Shown: piece by piece, positions 63,901 through 64,000 of the stretch
Layout: each line of letters opens with the position of its first letter
Numbering within the stretch: position 1 is the stretch's first letter
Source: Takakia lepidozioides
Lineage: Eukaryota; Plantae; Bryophyta
Length of the DNA: 64,000 nt
Assembly (NCBI GenBank): GCA_030704615.1
Contig: CM060733.1
Location: 55,118,001 to 55,182,000 of the forward strand
Reading direction: 5' to 3'
Notes under the pieces: generated by a model
Database searches by the model: none
The model's input: the letters and a program-made list of their open reading frames with translations, nothing else
What the model was told of the DNA's origin: nothing
Made by a program: the position numbers and the translations under genes

Positions 63901-64000
63901 GGGTGGGGTGTCACAACAAGAATGGAAAGATGGATGGCATCCAGTGACATATTTTTTGCGCAAATTGTTACCTGCGGAATAAAATTACCATACAATCGAA

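Larger units (their letters stand above)
60633..64000 (+). mobile_element. Ty3/gypsy LTR retrotransposon (gag, RT, start of RNase H), degenerate, runs off the window
   Basis: GPTPMELG, CYNCGKYGHLAANC; [52 protein letters not shown]. Confidence 0.95.

Overview
Eukaryotic, TE-dense nuclear DNA, most likely from a non-seed land plant (inferred from tRNA-iMet-primed Ty3/gypsy and copia elements, Helitron-like ends and a plant-type 9-exon MOSC gene). The only intact host gene I can support is a MOSC/mARC-family gene (49753-58587, minus strand, 314 aa after splicing). The first 31 kb is a nest of degenerate copies of an unusual, probably large Mutator-like (MULE) DNA element. In it a GCM/WRKY-like zinc-finger + DDE transposase gene is paired divergently with a spliced gene encoding an N-terminal ParB/Sulfiredoxin-like domain and a C-terminal beta-class (N6A/N4C-type) DNA amino-methyltransferase-like domain. 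The pairing is seen three times once a precise 8.2-kb inversion (12265-20482) is undone, and a fourth paralog fragment lies at about 45-46 kb. Several tandem arrays of long palindromes lie in or beside these genes, some of them inside introns, and a G-rich tract with about 30 GATC sites flanks the cluster. The rest is a mosaic of gypsy, copia, LINE, Helitron-like and pogo-like fragments. All domain calls come from recognising motifs by eye; no database searches were run.
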